NCBI GenBank assembly: GCA_051313645.2
Contig: JBNRSN020000006.1
Location: 2,728,001-2,792,000, forward strand
Length of the DNA stretch: 64,000 bases
Direction of reading: 5' to 3'
DNA from: Centroscyllium fabricii
Taxonomy: Eukaryota
A program made the translations under genes and the position numbers. Every line of letters begins with the position of its first letter. The first letter of the stretch is position 1. This document shows, one piece after another, positions 11,825-22,653 of the stretch. Below the pieces are notes generated by a model. It was not told where the DNA came from, did no database searches, and saw only the letters and a list, made by a program, of their open reading frames with translations.

Positions 11825-14800
11825 GTGCACATTATACAGGTCCCTGATTCTAGAAGGTGCACATTAGACAGGTCCCTGATTCTAGAAGGTGCACATTAGA
11901 CAGGTCCCTGATTCTATAAGGTGCACATTATACAGGTCCCTGATTCTAGAAGGTGCACATTAGACAGGTCCCTGATTCTAGAAGGTGCACATTAGACAGG
12001 TCCCTGATTCTATAAGGTGCACATTATACAGGTCCCTGATTCTAGAAGGTGCACATTTGACAGGTTCCTGATTCTAGAAGGTGCACATTAGACAGGTCCC
12101 TGATTCTATAAGGTGCACATTATACAGGTCCCTGATTCTAGAAGGTTCACATTAGAGAGATCTCTGATTCTAGAAGGTGCACATTAGACAGGTCCCTGAT
12201 TCTAGAAGGTGCACATTAGACAGGTCCCTGATTCTAGAAGGTGCACATTAGACAGATCACTGATTCTAGAAGGTGCACATTAGACAGGTCCCTGATTCTA
12301 GAAGGTGCACATTAGACAGGTCCCTGATTCTAGAAGGTGCACATTAGACAGATCACTGATTCTAGAAGGTGCACATTAGACAGATCACTGATTCTAGAAG
12401 GTGCACATTAGACAGATCACTGATTCCAGAAGGTGCACATTAGAGAGATCCCTGATTCTAGAAGGTGCACATTAGACAGATCACTGATTCTAGAAGGTGC
12501 ACATTAGACAGATCACTGATTCTAGAAGGTGCACATTAGAGAGATTCCTGATTCTAGAAGGCGCACATTAGACAGATCACTGATTCTAGAAGGTGCACAT
12601 TAGACAGATACCTGATTCCAGAAGGTGCACATTAGAGAGATCCCTGATTCTAGAAGGTGCACATTAGACAGGTCCCTGATTCTAGAAGGTGCACATTATA
12701 CAGGTCCCTGATTCTAGAAGGTGCACATTAGACAGGTCCCTGATTCTAGAAGGTGCACATTAGACAGGTCCCTGATTCTAGAAGGTGCACATTAGACAGG
12801 TCCTTGATTCTAGAAGGTGCACATTAGACAGGTCCCTGATTCTAGAAGGCGCACATTAGACAGGTCCCTGATTCTAGAAGGTGCACATTAGACAGGTCCC
12901 TGATTCTAGAAGGCGCACATTAGACAGGTCCCTGATTCTAGAAGGTGCACATTAGAGAGATCCCTGATTCTAGAAGGTGCACATTAGACAGGTCCCTGAT
13001 TCTAGAAGGTGCACATTAGACAGATCACTGATTCTAGAAGGTGCACATTAGACAGGTCCTTGATTCTAGAAGGTGCACATTAGACAGATCCCTGATTCTA
13101 GAAGGTGCACATTAGACAGGTCCTTGATTCTAGAAGGTGCACATTAGACAGGTCCCTGATTCTAGAAGGTGCACATTAGACAGGTCCCTGATTCTAGAAT
13201 GCGCACATTAGACAGATTCCTGATTCTAGAAGGTGCACATTAGACAGATTTCTGATTCTAGAAGGTGCACATCAGACAGGTCCCTGATTCCAGAATGTGC
13301 ACATTAGACAGATTCCTGATTCTAGAAGGTGCACATTAGACAGGTCACTGATTCCAGAATGTGCACATTACACAGGTCCCTGATTCTAGAATGAGCACAT
13401 TAGACAGATTCCTGATTCTAGAAGGTGCACATTAGACAGGTCCCTGATTCTAGAATGAGCACATTAGACAGGTTCCTGATTCTAGAAGGTGCACATTAGA
13501 GATCCCTGATTCTAGAAGGTGCACATTAGACAGGTCGCACATTCTAGAAGGTGCACATTAGAGAGATCCCTGATTCTAGAAAGTGCACATTAGACAGGTC
13601 CTTGATTCTAGAAGGTGCACATTAGACAGGTCCCTGATTCTAGAAGGTGCACATTAGACAGATTCCTGATTCTAGAAGGTGCACATTAGACAGATCCCTG
13701 ATTCTAGAAGGTGCACATTAGACAGGTCCCTGATTCTAGAAGGTGCACATTAGACAGGTCCCTGATTCTAGAAGGTGCACATTAGACAGGTCCCTGATTC
13801 TAGTATGCGCACATTAGAGAGATCCCTGATTCCAGCAGGTGCACATTAGACAGATCCCTGATTCTAGAAAGTGCACATTAGAGAGATTCCTGATTCTAGA
13901 AGGTGCACATTAGACAGGTCCCTGATTCTAGAAGGTGCACATTAGACAGGTTCCTGATTCTAGAAAGTGCACATTAGAGAGATTCCTGATTCTAGAAAGT
14001 GCACATGAGAGATTCCTGATTCTAGAAAGTGCACGAGAGATTCCTGATTCTAGAAGGTGCACATTAGACAGATCCCTGATTCTAGAAGGTGCACATTAGA
14101 CAGATTCCTGATTCTAGAAAGTGCACATTAGAGAGATTCCTGATTCTAGAAGGAGCACATTAGACAGATCCCTGATTCTAGAAGGTGCACATTAGACAGA
14201 TTCCTGATTCTAGAAGGTGCACATTAGACAGATCACTGATTCTAGAAGGTGCACATTAGAGATCCCTCTGATTCTAGAAGGTGCACATTAGACAGGTCCC
14301 TGATGCTAGAAGGTGCACATTAGACAGATTCCTGATTCTAGAAGGTGCACATTACAGATCCCTGATTCTAGAAGGTGCACATTAGACAGGTCCTTGATTC
14401 TAGAAGGTGCACATTAGACAGATTCCTGATTCTAGAAGGTGCACATTAGACAGATTCCTGATTCTAGAGGGTGCACATTAGACAGATCCCTGATTCTAGA
14501 GGGTGCACATTAGACAGATTCCTGATTCTAGAAGGTGCACATTAGACAGGTCCCTGATTCTAGAAGGTGCACATTAGACAGATCCCTGATTCTAGAAGGT
14601 GCACATTAGACAGATCCCTGATTCTAGAATGTGCACATTAGACAGATCCCTGATTCTAGAATGTGCACATTAGACAGGTCCCTGATTCTAGAAGGTTCAC
14701 ATTACAGATTCCTGATTCTAGAAGGTACACATTAGACAGATCCCTGATTCTAGAAGGTGCACATTAGACAGATTCCTGATTCTAGGTGGTGCACATTAGA

Positions 14801-17800
14801 CAGATTCCTGATTCTAGAAGGTGCACATTAGACAGGTCCCTGATTCTAGAAGGTGCACATTAGACATGTCCCTGATTCTAGAAGGTGCACATTAGAGAGA
14901 TTTCTGATTCTAGAAGGTGCACATTAGACAGGTCCCTGATTCTAGAAGGTGAACAATAGTCAGGTCCCTGATTCTAGAAGGTGCACATTAGACAGGTCCC
15001 TGATTCTGGAAGGTGCACATTAGACCGGTCCCTGATTCTAGAAGGTGCATCTTAGACAGGTCCTTGATTCTAGAAGGTGCACATTCGACAGATCCCTGAT
15101 TCTAGAAGGTGCACATTAGACAGGTCCCTGATTCTAGAAGGTGCACATTAGACAGATCCCTGATTCTAGAAGGTGCACATTAGACAGGTTGCTAATTCTA
15201 GAAGGTGCACAATAGACAGGTCCCTGATTCTAGAAGGTGCACATTAGACAGATCCCTGATTCTAGAAGGTGCACATTAGACAGGTCCCTGATTCTAGAAG
15301 GTGCACATTAGACAGGTCCCTGATTCTAGAAGGTGCACATTGGACAGGTCCCTGATTCTAGAAGGTGCACATTAGACAGATCCCTGGTTCTAGAAGGTGC
15401 ACATTAGACAGGTCCCTGATTCTAGAAGGTGCACATCAGACAGGTCCCTGATTCTAGAAGATGAACATTAGACAGATCACTGATTCTAGAAGGTTCACAT
15501 TAGACAGATTCCTGATTCTAGAAGGTGCACATTAGAGAGATCACTGATTCCAGAAGGTGCACATTAGACAGATTCCTGATTCTAGAAGGTGCACATTAGA
15601 CAGGTCCCTGATTCTGGAAGGTGCACATTAGACAGGCCCCTGATTCTGGAAGGTGCACATTAGACCGGTCCCTGATTCTAGAAGGTGCATCTTAGACAGG
15701 TCCTTGATTCTAGAAGGTGCACATTAGACAGATCCCTGATTCTAGAAGGTGCACATTAGACAGATCCCTGATTCTAGAAGGTGCACATTAGACAGATCCC
15801 TGATTCTAGTAGGTGCACATTAGACAGGTCCCTGATTCTAGAAGGTGCACATTAGACAGATCCCTGATTCTAGAAGGTGCACATTAGACAGATCCCTGAT
15901 TCTAGAAGGTGCACATTAGACAGGTCCCTGATTCTAGAAGGTGCACATTAGACAGGTCCCTGATTCTAGAAGGTGCACATTAGACAGATCCCTGATTCTA
16001 GAAGGTGCATATTAGACAGGTCCTTGATTCTAGAAGGTGCACATTAGACAGGTCCCTGATTCTAGAAGGTGCATATTAGACAGGTCCTTGATTCCAGAAG
16101 GTGCACATTAGACAGGTCCCTGATTCTAGAAGGTGCACATTAGACAGATCCCTGATTCTAGAAGGTGCACATTAGACAGGTCCCTGATTCTAGAAGGTGC
16201 ACATTAGACAGGTCCCTGATTCTAGAATGTGCACATTAGACAGATCCCTGATTCTAGAAGGTGCACATTACAGATCCCTGATTCTAGAGGGTGCACATTA
16301 GACAGATTCCTGATTCGAGAAGGTGCACATTAGACAGATCACTGATTCTAGAAGGTGCACATTAGACAGATCCCTGATTCTAGAGCGTGCACATTAGACA
16401 GATTCCTGATTCTAGAAGGTGCACATTAGACAGGTCCCTGATTCTAGAAGGTTCACATTAGACAGGTCCCTGATTCTAGAAGGTGCACATTGGAGAGATC
16501 CCTGATTCTAGAAGGTGCACATTAGACAGGTCCCTGATTCTAGAAGGTGCACGTTAGACAGGTCCCTGATTCTAGAAGGTGCACATTAGACAGATCCCTG
16601 ATTCTAGAAGGTGCTCATTAGACAGGTCCCTGATTCTAGAAGGTGAACATTAGACAGATCACTGATTCTAGAAGGTGCACATTAGACATATTCCTGATTC
16701 TAGAAGGTGCACATTAAACATATTCCTGATTCTAGAAGGTGCACATTAAACAGGTCCATGATTCTAGAAGGTTCACATTAGACAGATTCCTGATTCTAGA
16801 AGGTGCACATTAGAGAGATCCCTGATTCTAGAAGGTGCACATTAGACCCTGATTCTAGAAAGTGCACATTAGACCGGTCCCTGATTCTAGAAGGTGCATC
16901 TTAGACAGGTCCCTGATTCTAGAAGGTTCACATTAGACAGATTCCTGATTCTAGAAGGTGCACATTAGACAGGTCCCTGATTCTGGAAGGTGCACATTAG
17001 ACCGGTCCCTGATTCTAGAAGGTGCATCTTAGACAGGTCCCTGATTCTAGAAGGTGCACATTAGACAGATCCCTGATTCTAGAAGGTGCACATTAGACAG
17101 ATCCCTGATTCTAGAAGGTGCACATTAGACAGATCCCTGATTCTAGAAGGTGCATATTAGACAGGTCCTTGATTCTAGAAGGTGCACATTAGACAGGTCC
17201 CTGATTCTAGAAGGTGCACATTAGACAGATCCCTGATTCTAGAAGGTGCACATTAGACAGGTCCCTGATTCTAGAAGGTGCACATTAGACAGGTCCCTGA
17301 TTCTAGAAGGTGCACATTAGACAGATCCCTGATTCTAGAGGGTGCACATTAGACAGATTCCTGATTCGAGAATGTGCACATTAGACAGATCACTGATTCT
17401 AGAAGGTGCACATTAGACAGATCCCTGATTCTAGAGGGTGCACATTAGACAGATTCCTGATTCTAGAAGGTTCACAATGGACAGATTCCTGATTCTAGAA
17501 GGTGCACATTAGAGAGATCCCTGATTCTAGAAGGTGCACATTAGACAGGTCCCTGATTCTAGAAGGTGCACATTAGACAGGTCCCTGATTCTAGATGGTG
17601 CACATTAGACAGGTCCCTGATTCTAGAAGGTTCACATTAGACAGGTCCCTGATTCTAGAAGGTGCACATTAGACAGGTCCCTGATTCTAGAAGGTGCACA
17701 TTAGACAGATCCCTGATTCTAGATGGTGCACATTAGACAGGTCCCTGATTCTAGAAGGTGCACATTAGACAGATTCCTGATTCTAGAAGGTGCACATTAG

Positions 17801-19993
17801 ACAGGTCCCTGATTCTAGAAGGTGCACATTACAGAGATTCCAGATTCTAGAAGGTGCACATTAGACAGATTCCTGATTCTAGAAGGTGCACATTAGACAG
17901 ATCCCTGATTCTAGAAGGTGCACATTAGACAGCTCCCTGATTCTAGAAGGTGCACATTAGACAGATCCCTGATTCTAGAAGGTGCACATTAGACATATTC
18001 CTGATTCTAGAAGGTGCACATTAGACAGGTCCATGATTCTAGAAGGTTCACATTAGACAGATTCCTGATTCTAGAAGGTGCACATTAGAGAGATCCCTGA
18101 TTCTAGAAGGTGCACATTAGACATATTCCTGATTCTAGAAGGTGCACATTAGACAGATTCCTGATTCTAGAAGGTGCACATTAAAGAGATCCCTGATTCT
18201 AGAAGGTGCACATTAGAGAGATCCCTGATTCTAGAAGGTGCACATTAGACAGATTCCTGATTCTAGAAGGTGCACATTAGACAGATCCCTGATTCTAGAA
18301 GGTGCACATTAGACAGGTCCCTGATTCTAGAAGGTGCACATTAGACAGATTCCTGATTCTAGAAGGTGCACATTAGACAGGTCCCTGATTCTAGAAGGTG
18401 CACATTACAGAGATTCCAGATTCTAGAAGGTGCACATTAGACAGATTCCTGATTCTAGAAGGTGCACATTAGACAGATCCCTGATTCTAGAAGGTGCACA
18501 TTAGACAGCTCCCTGATTCTAGAAGGTGCACATTAGTCAGATCCCTGATTCTAGAAGGTGCACATTAGTCAGATCCCTGATTCTAGAAGGTGCACATTAG
18601 ACAGATCCCTGATTCTAGAAGGTTCACATTGGACAGGTCCCTGATTCTAGAAGGTGCACATTAGACGGATTCCTGGGGGAGTAGTGGATGAGGAGGAAGG
18701 AAGTAGAAGGATTCAGAGGGATATAGATAGGATGCAGAGCTGGGCTGAAGAATGGCAAATGGAGTTCAACACGGGGAAATGCGAGGTGATGCACTTCGGT
18801 AGGGCAAATAGGAAGAGGGAATATAGGGTCAACGGCAGGGTCCTGAGCAAAGCAGAGGAGCAAAGGGATCTGGGAGTATATGTACACAGATCATTGAAGG
18901 CTGCCACCCAGGTGGATAAGGCAGTAAAAAAGGCCTATGGTGTATTGGCCTTCATCAACAGGGGATTAGAGTTTAAGAACCGGGAGGTCATGCTACAGCT
19001 GTACAGGTCACTGGTGAGACCACACTTGGAGTAGTGTGTGCAGTTCTGGGCACCGTACTACAGGAGGGATGTGGAGGCGTTGGAGAGGGTACAGAGGGGA
19101 TTCACCAGGATGCTGCCGGGAATGGGGGGAAAGTCGTACGAGGAGAGGTTGAGGGAGCTGGGACTCTTCTCCCTGGAACGGAGAAGGAAGAGGGGGGACT
19201 TTAAATAGAGATGTTTAAGATGATGAAGGGGATCGATAGAGTAAATGTGCAGAGACTGTTTCCCCGGGTGGGAAGAATGACAACAAGAGGGCACGAGCAC
19301 AAGATTCAAGGAGGAAGATTCAGAAGGGATGGCAGGGGCAAGTTCTTTACACAGAAAATGGTCGGGGAGTGGAATAGGCTACCATCTGAAATAGTGGATG
19401 CGGACAGTCTGGGTGCTTTTAAAAGGATGATAGATAGGTACATGGAGGGGAAGGAAGAGTAGGGGGGACAGGAAAAATCAGAGACGGACTAAGCGCGGCA
19501 CTACATTGAGGGTCCAAGGGCCTGTACAGTGCTGTATGTTCTATGTTCTATGTTCCTGATTCTAGAAAGTGCACATTAGAGAGATTCCTGATTCTAGAAG
19601 GTGCACATTAGACAGATCCCTGATTCTAGAAGGTTCACATTAGACAGATCCCTGATTCTAGAAGGTGCACATTAGACAGGTCCTTGATTCTAGAAGGTGC
19701 ACATTAGACAGGTCCCTGATTCTAGAAGGTGCACATTAGACAGATCCCTGATTCTAGAAGGTGCACATTAGACAGATCCCTGATTCTAGAAAGTGCACAT
19801 TAGACAGATCCCTGATTCTAGAAGGTGCACATTAGACAGGTCCCTGATTCTAGAAGGTGCACATTAGACAGATCCCTGATTCTAGAAGGTGCACATTAGA
19901 CAGGTCCTTGATTCTAGAAGGTGCACATTAGACAGATCCCTGATTCTAGAAAGTGCACATTAGACAGATCCCTGATTCTAGAAGGTGCACATT
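11825..19993. repeat. 32-bp satellite/minisatellite array (GTGCACATTAGACAGGTCCCTGATTCTAGAAG), ~225 units, split by a CR1
   Basis: Continuous units at 11825-18675 and 19553-19993. Unit count estimated from length/32. Confidence 0.98.
18676..19552 (+). mobile_element. CR1 LINE 3' fragment inserted in the 32-bp satellite
   Basis: WAEEWQMEFNTGKCEVMHFG...LVRPHLE*, then FFTQKMVGEWNRLP; (TTCTATG)n tail; ttcctg on both sides (18670-18675, 19553-19558). Confidence 0.95.
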
Positions 19994-20190
19994 TGGTGGC
20001 GCTGCTGTCAGACCCACCACCACCTAGGGGCCACACAGCCAGGGACCGACAAGTCTTCAAATGTCAACCTCAATGTATAAAATAGATTACAACACACTCC
20101 CCGGCTCCAGGTAGCAATACAAAGGTTTTTCACAGTTTGCTCGGACTTCACCAACTCAAAAGATGCGGACGCCCAGATCTCTTAAGTGCG

Positions 20191-20415
20191 ACAGCAAAAT
20201 ACTGTGAATGCTGGAAATCCAAAATAATGACAGAAAATGCTGGAAAACCTCAGCAGGTCAGGCAGCATCAGTGAGGAGAAATATGGAGTCAACCTTTCGG
20301 GTTAGGACCCTTTATCAAGACTGACAAGGGTCGGAACCCGAAAGGTCGACTCTCTATTTCTCTCCACGGATGTTGCCTGGCCTGCTGAGGTTATCCATCA
20401 TTTCCTGTTGTTGTC
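20191..20415. mobile_element. Penelope-derived palindromic short element with two degenerate hammerhead-like halves
   Basis: Arms cctcagcaggtcaggcagcatc / gatgttgcctggcctgctgagg are reverse complements. The centre has ctgacaagggtcggaacccgaaagg and its inverted counterpart. Confidence 0.75.
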
Positions 20416-20950
20416 TCTTCAGTGCAAGTTGGCAGTTCGTTCCAGCACTTTGCTAGGTTGTAATTTGGGAGGGGGAATGATCCCCATATAAGCAGACTCT
20501 GATGATGCTGGGAAACATGGGCAGTTGCCATCCAGCTCGCCATTCACAGCCGGAGGTAGAGGCCAGCCGGGCACAGCCCCCCAGCCCCACTGCAGCCATT
20601 CATTAGTGCAGATTTCATTTTTATAATGATCGATTGGATATTTTAAAATTATAATGTAAGTAATACTATAAACTTAGCTCCCTTTACATTCCTGAAGGCA
20701 CTGACTTTTGGTTAAGTGTAGGTGCTGGGAACGTTGCGGTGCTTTGTCCAGCTGGTCATTCTTCATAGGTAATTCTAGACAGGGAGTGTCTCTAGGATAT
20801 TCAACCTGGTGATTGTTTAATAACGTCACAGTACAGGACAAGTGGAACATCTTTAGAAGGCATAATGTTGAGAATGCAGGATGTAGCTTATAGAAACATA
20901 GAAGATAGGAGCAGGAGTAGGCTATTCGGCCCTTCGAGCCTGCTCCGCCA

Positions 20951-21337
20951 GGGTGGCACAGTGGTTAGCACTGTTGCCTCACAGCACTAGAGACCCGGGT
21001 TCAAATCCAGCCTCGGGTACTATGTGTGTGGAGTTTGCACATTCTCCCCGTGTCTGCGTGGGTTTCCTCCGGGTGCTCCGGTTTCCTCCCACAGTCCAAA
21101 GATGTGCGGGTTAGGTTGATTGGCCATGATAAATTGACCCTCGGTGTTAGGGGGATTGAATAGGTGGGGTTACAGCGATAGGGTGGGCTATGTGTCGATG
21201 CAGGCTCGATAGGGATATGGGGAGAGGGCAAGGGTGGGGTGCTGGGTTTGGATGATCAGCCATGATCTCATTGAATGGCGGAGCAGGCTCGAAGGGCCGA
21301 ATGGCCTACTCCTGCTCCTAGTTTCTATGTTTCTATG
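20951..21337 (+). mobile_element. HE1-like V-SINE with CR1-derived 3' tail
   Basis: tRNA head (ggtggcacagtggttagc; gggttcaaatcc B box), V-domain gtgtggagtttgcacattctccccgtgtctgcgtgggtttcctccgggtgctccgg, and a tail shared with the local CR1. Confidence 0.9.
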
Positions 21338-21788
21338 AGCCAGGCCAGGCGACTGGAAGAAGCCTGAGTGAGGAACCGGAGTGGCAATCTGAGGCGAGCA
21401 GCTTCATTGCACTCTCAACATCAGCATCGGTGCAGCAGCCACTTCCCCACTACTCCCAAGCTCGGCACTGACGCCTGACTCACTTATTAGGGTTCATTCC
21501 TTCCCCCAGCCCCTTAAAAAAAACTTTATACCCATCGGCAGAGAAAAGAATCCGCTTCTACTGGGAAGAGCTGTGGATACAGCTTGATTGAATGGAGCAC
21601 ATGGTAGAAAACAACTGGCTGATAATTGGGAAGGGCGAGTGGAGACGTGATCATGCAAGCGAAAGCACATCAACTGGAAGAGTGAGGGACTCACAGCCCG
21701 AGGAATGTGAATCCTGCAGGAAGGCAGAGTGAGGCCAGGAACAGCGTGGGAAGAAAGACAAACAAACAGTTCAGTGAAAGCAAACAAT

Positions 21789-22050
21789 GGCAGGCAAAGG
21801 CTGGCAGGCAAAGGCTGGCTGGCAAACGCTGGCAGGCAGGCAAACTATGGCAGGCAAAGGCTGGCTGGCAAAGGCTGGCAGGCAGGCAAACTATGGCAGG
21901 CAAAGGCTGGCTGGCAAACGCTGGCAGGCAAACGCTGGCTGGCAAAGGCTGGCTGGCAAAGGCTGGCAGGCAAAGGCTGGCTGGCAAAGGCTGGCAGGCA
22001 AAGGCTGGCAGGCAAAGGCTGGCTGGCAAAGGCTGGCAGGCAAAGGCTGG
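21789..22050. repeat. 14-bp-based minisatellite (GGCAAAGGCTGGCW)
   Basis: Direct reading; this array produces the open frames in the ORF track. Confidence 0.92.
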
Positions 22051-22504
22051 CGCTTGGGCCGCCGGAATACCTTCCCTCTGCCACACTGGATATGGACAAC
22101 TCCACCAAAGGAGCCTCTTCATTAGTAAAACATCAATATACAAAAAACACAGCAGGTCTGCAGGGTTTGGGGCGTTTCCTGGATGTTCTCCTGGGACAGG
22201 CGGGAGATTTGCTTCGGCTGTTTATTGCCGACAGGTTTCTGCTCCTGCTGAGCTCCGAGGACATTGCCAGATATTTCCAGACCCATCCAGATCAGATTCT
22301 CCTCCCCCAACACAACACAGCTTCAACAATCGAGTCTCGGTACAGGGAACTCCCCGAAACCTTGACTCGCTCTCTCTCTCTCTCCACCGATGCTGCCTCA
22401 ACTGCTGAGTTTTTGCAGCATTTTCTGCTGTTTTTAATAATTGAGTCAGGTTTGCTCCCGAAAATCGATCTGCCCGGCAAACACAAGCCTGTTGATTTCA
22501 GGCC

Positions 22505-22610
22505 ATGATGTGGAGGTGCTGGTGTTGGACTGGGGTGGACAAATGTAAGAAGTCACAACACCAGATTATAGTCCAACAGTTTTATCAAATAAAACTCGAA
22601 GCTGGTGTTG
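22505..22610. mobile_element. Penelope pLTR-derived fold-back element with 12-bp TSD
   Basis: atgatgtggaggtgctggtgttggactggggtggac terminus; tgatttcaggcc at 22493-22504 and 22611-22622. Confidence 0.85.
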
Positions 22611-22653
22611 TGATTTCAGGCCGGGGACCGCGGCTGTAAACCGCCGCTCGGCT

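Noticed and set aside
20951-21010. tRNA genes (also at 43189, 57860, 60703)
   Set aside because: A/B boxes belong to SINE heads; no complete cloverleaf.
21691-22508. Overlapping ORFs, including a protein-like plus-strand stretch (LGRFLDVLLGQAGDLLRLF...)
   Set aside because: Mostly repeat-derived. The unique part has an A-rich upstream region with no polypyrimidine tract and no recognisable homology.
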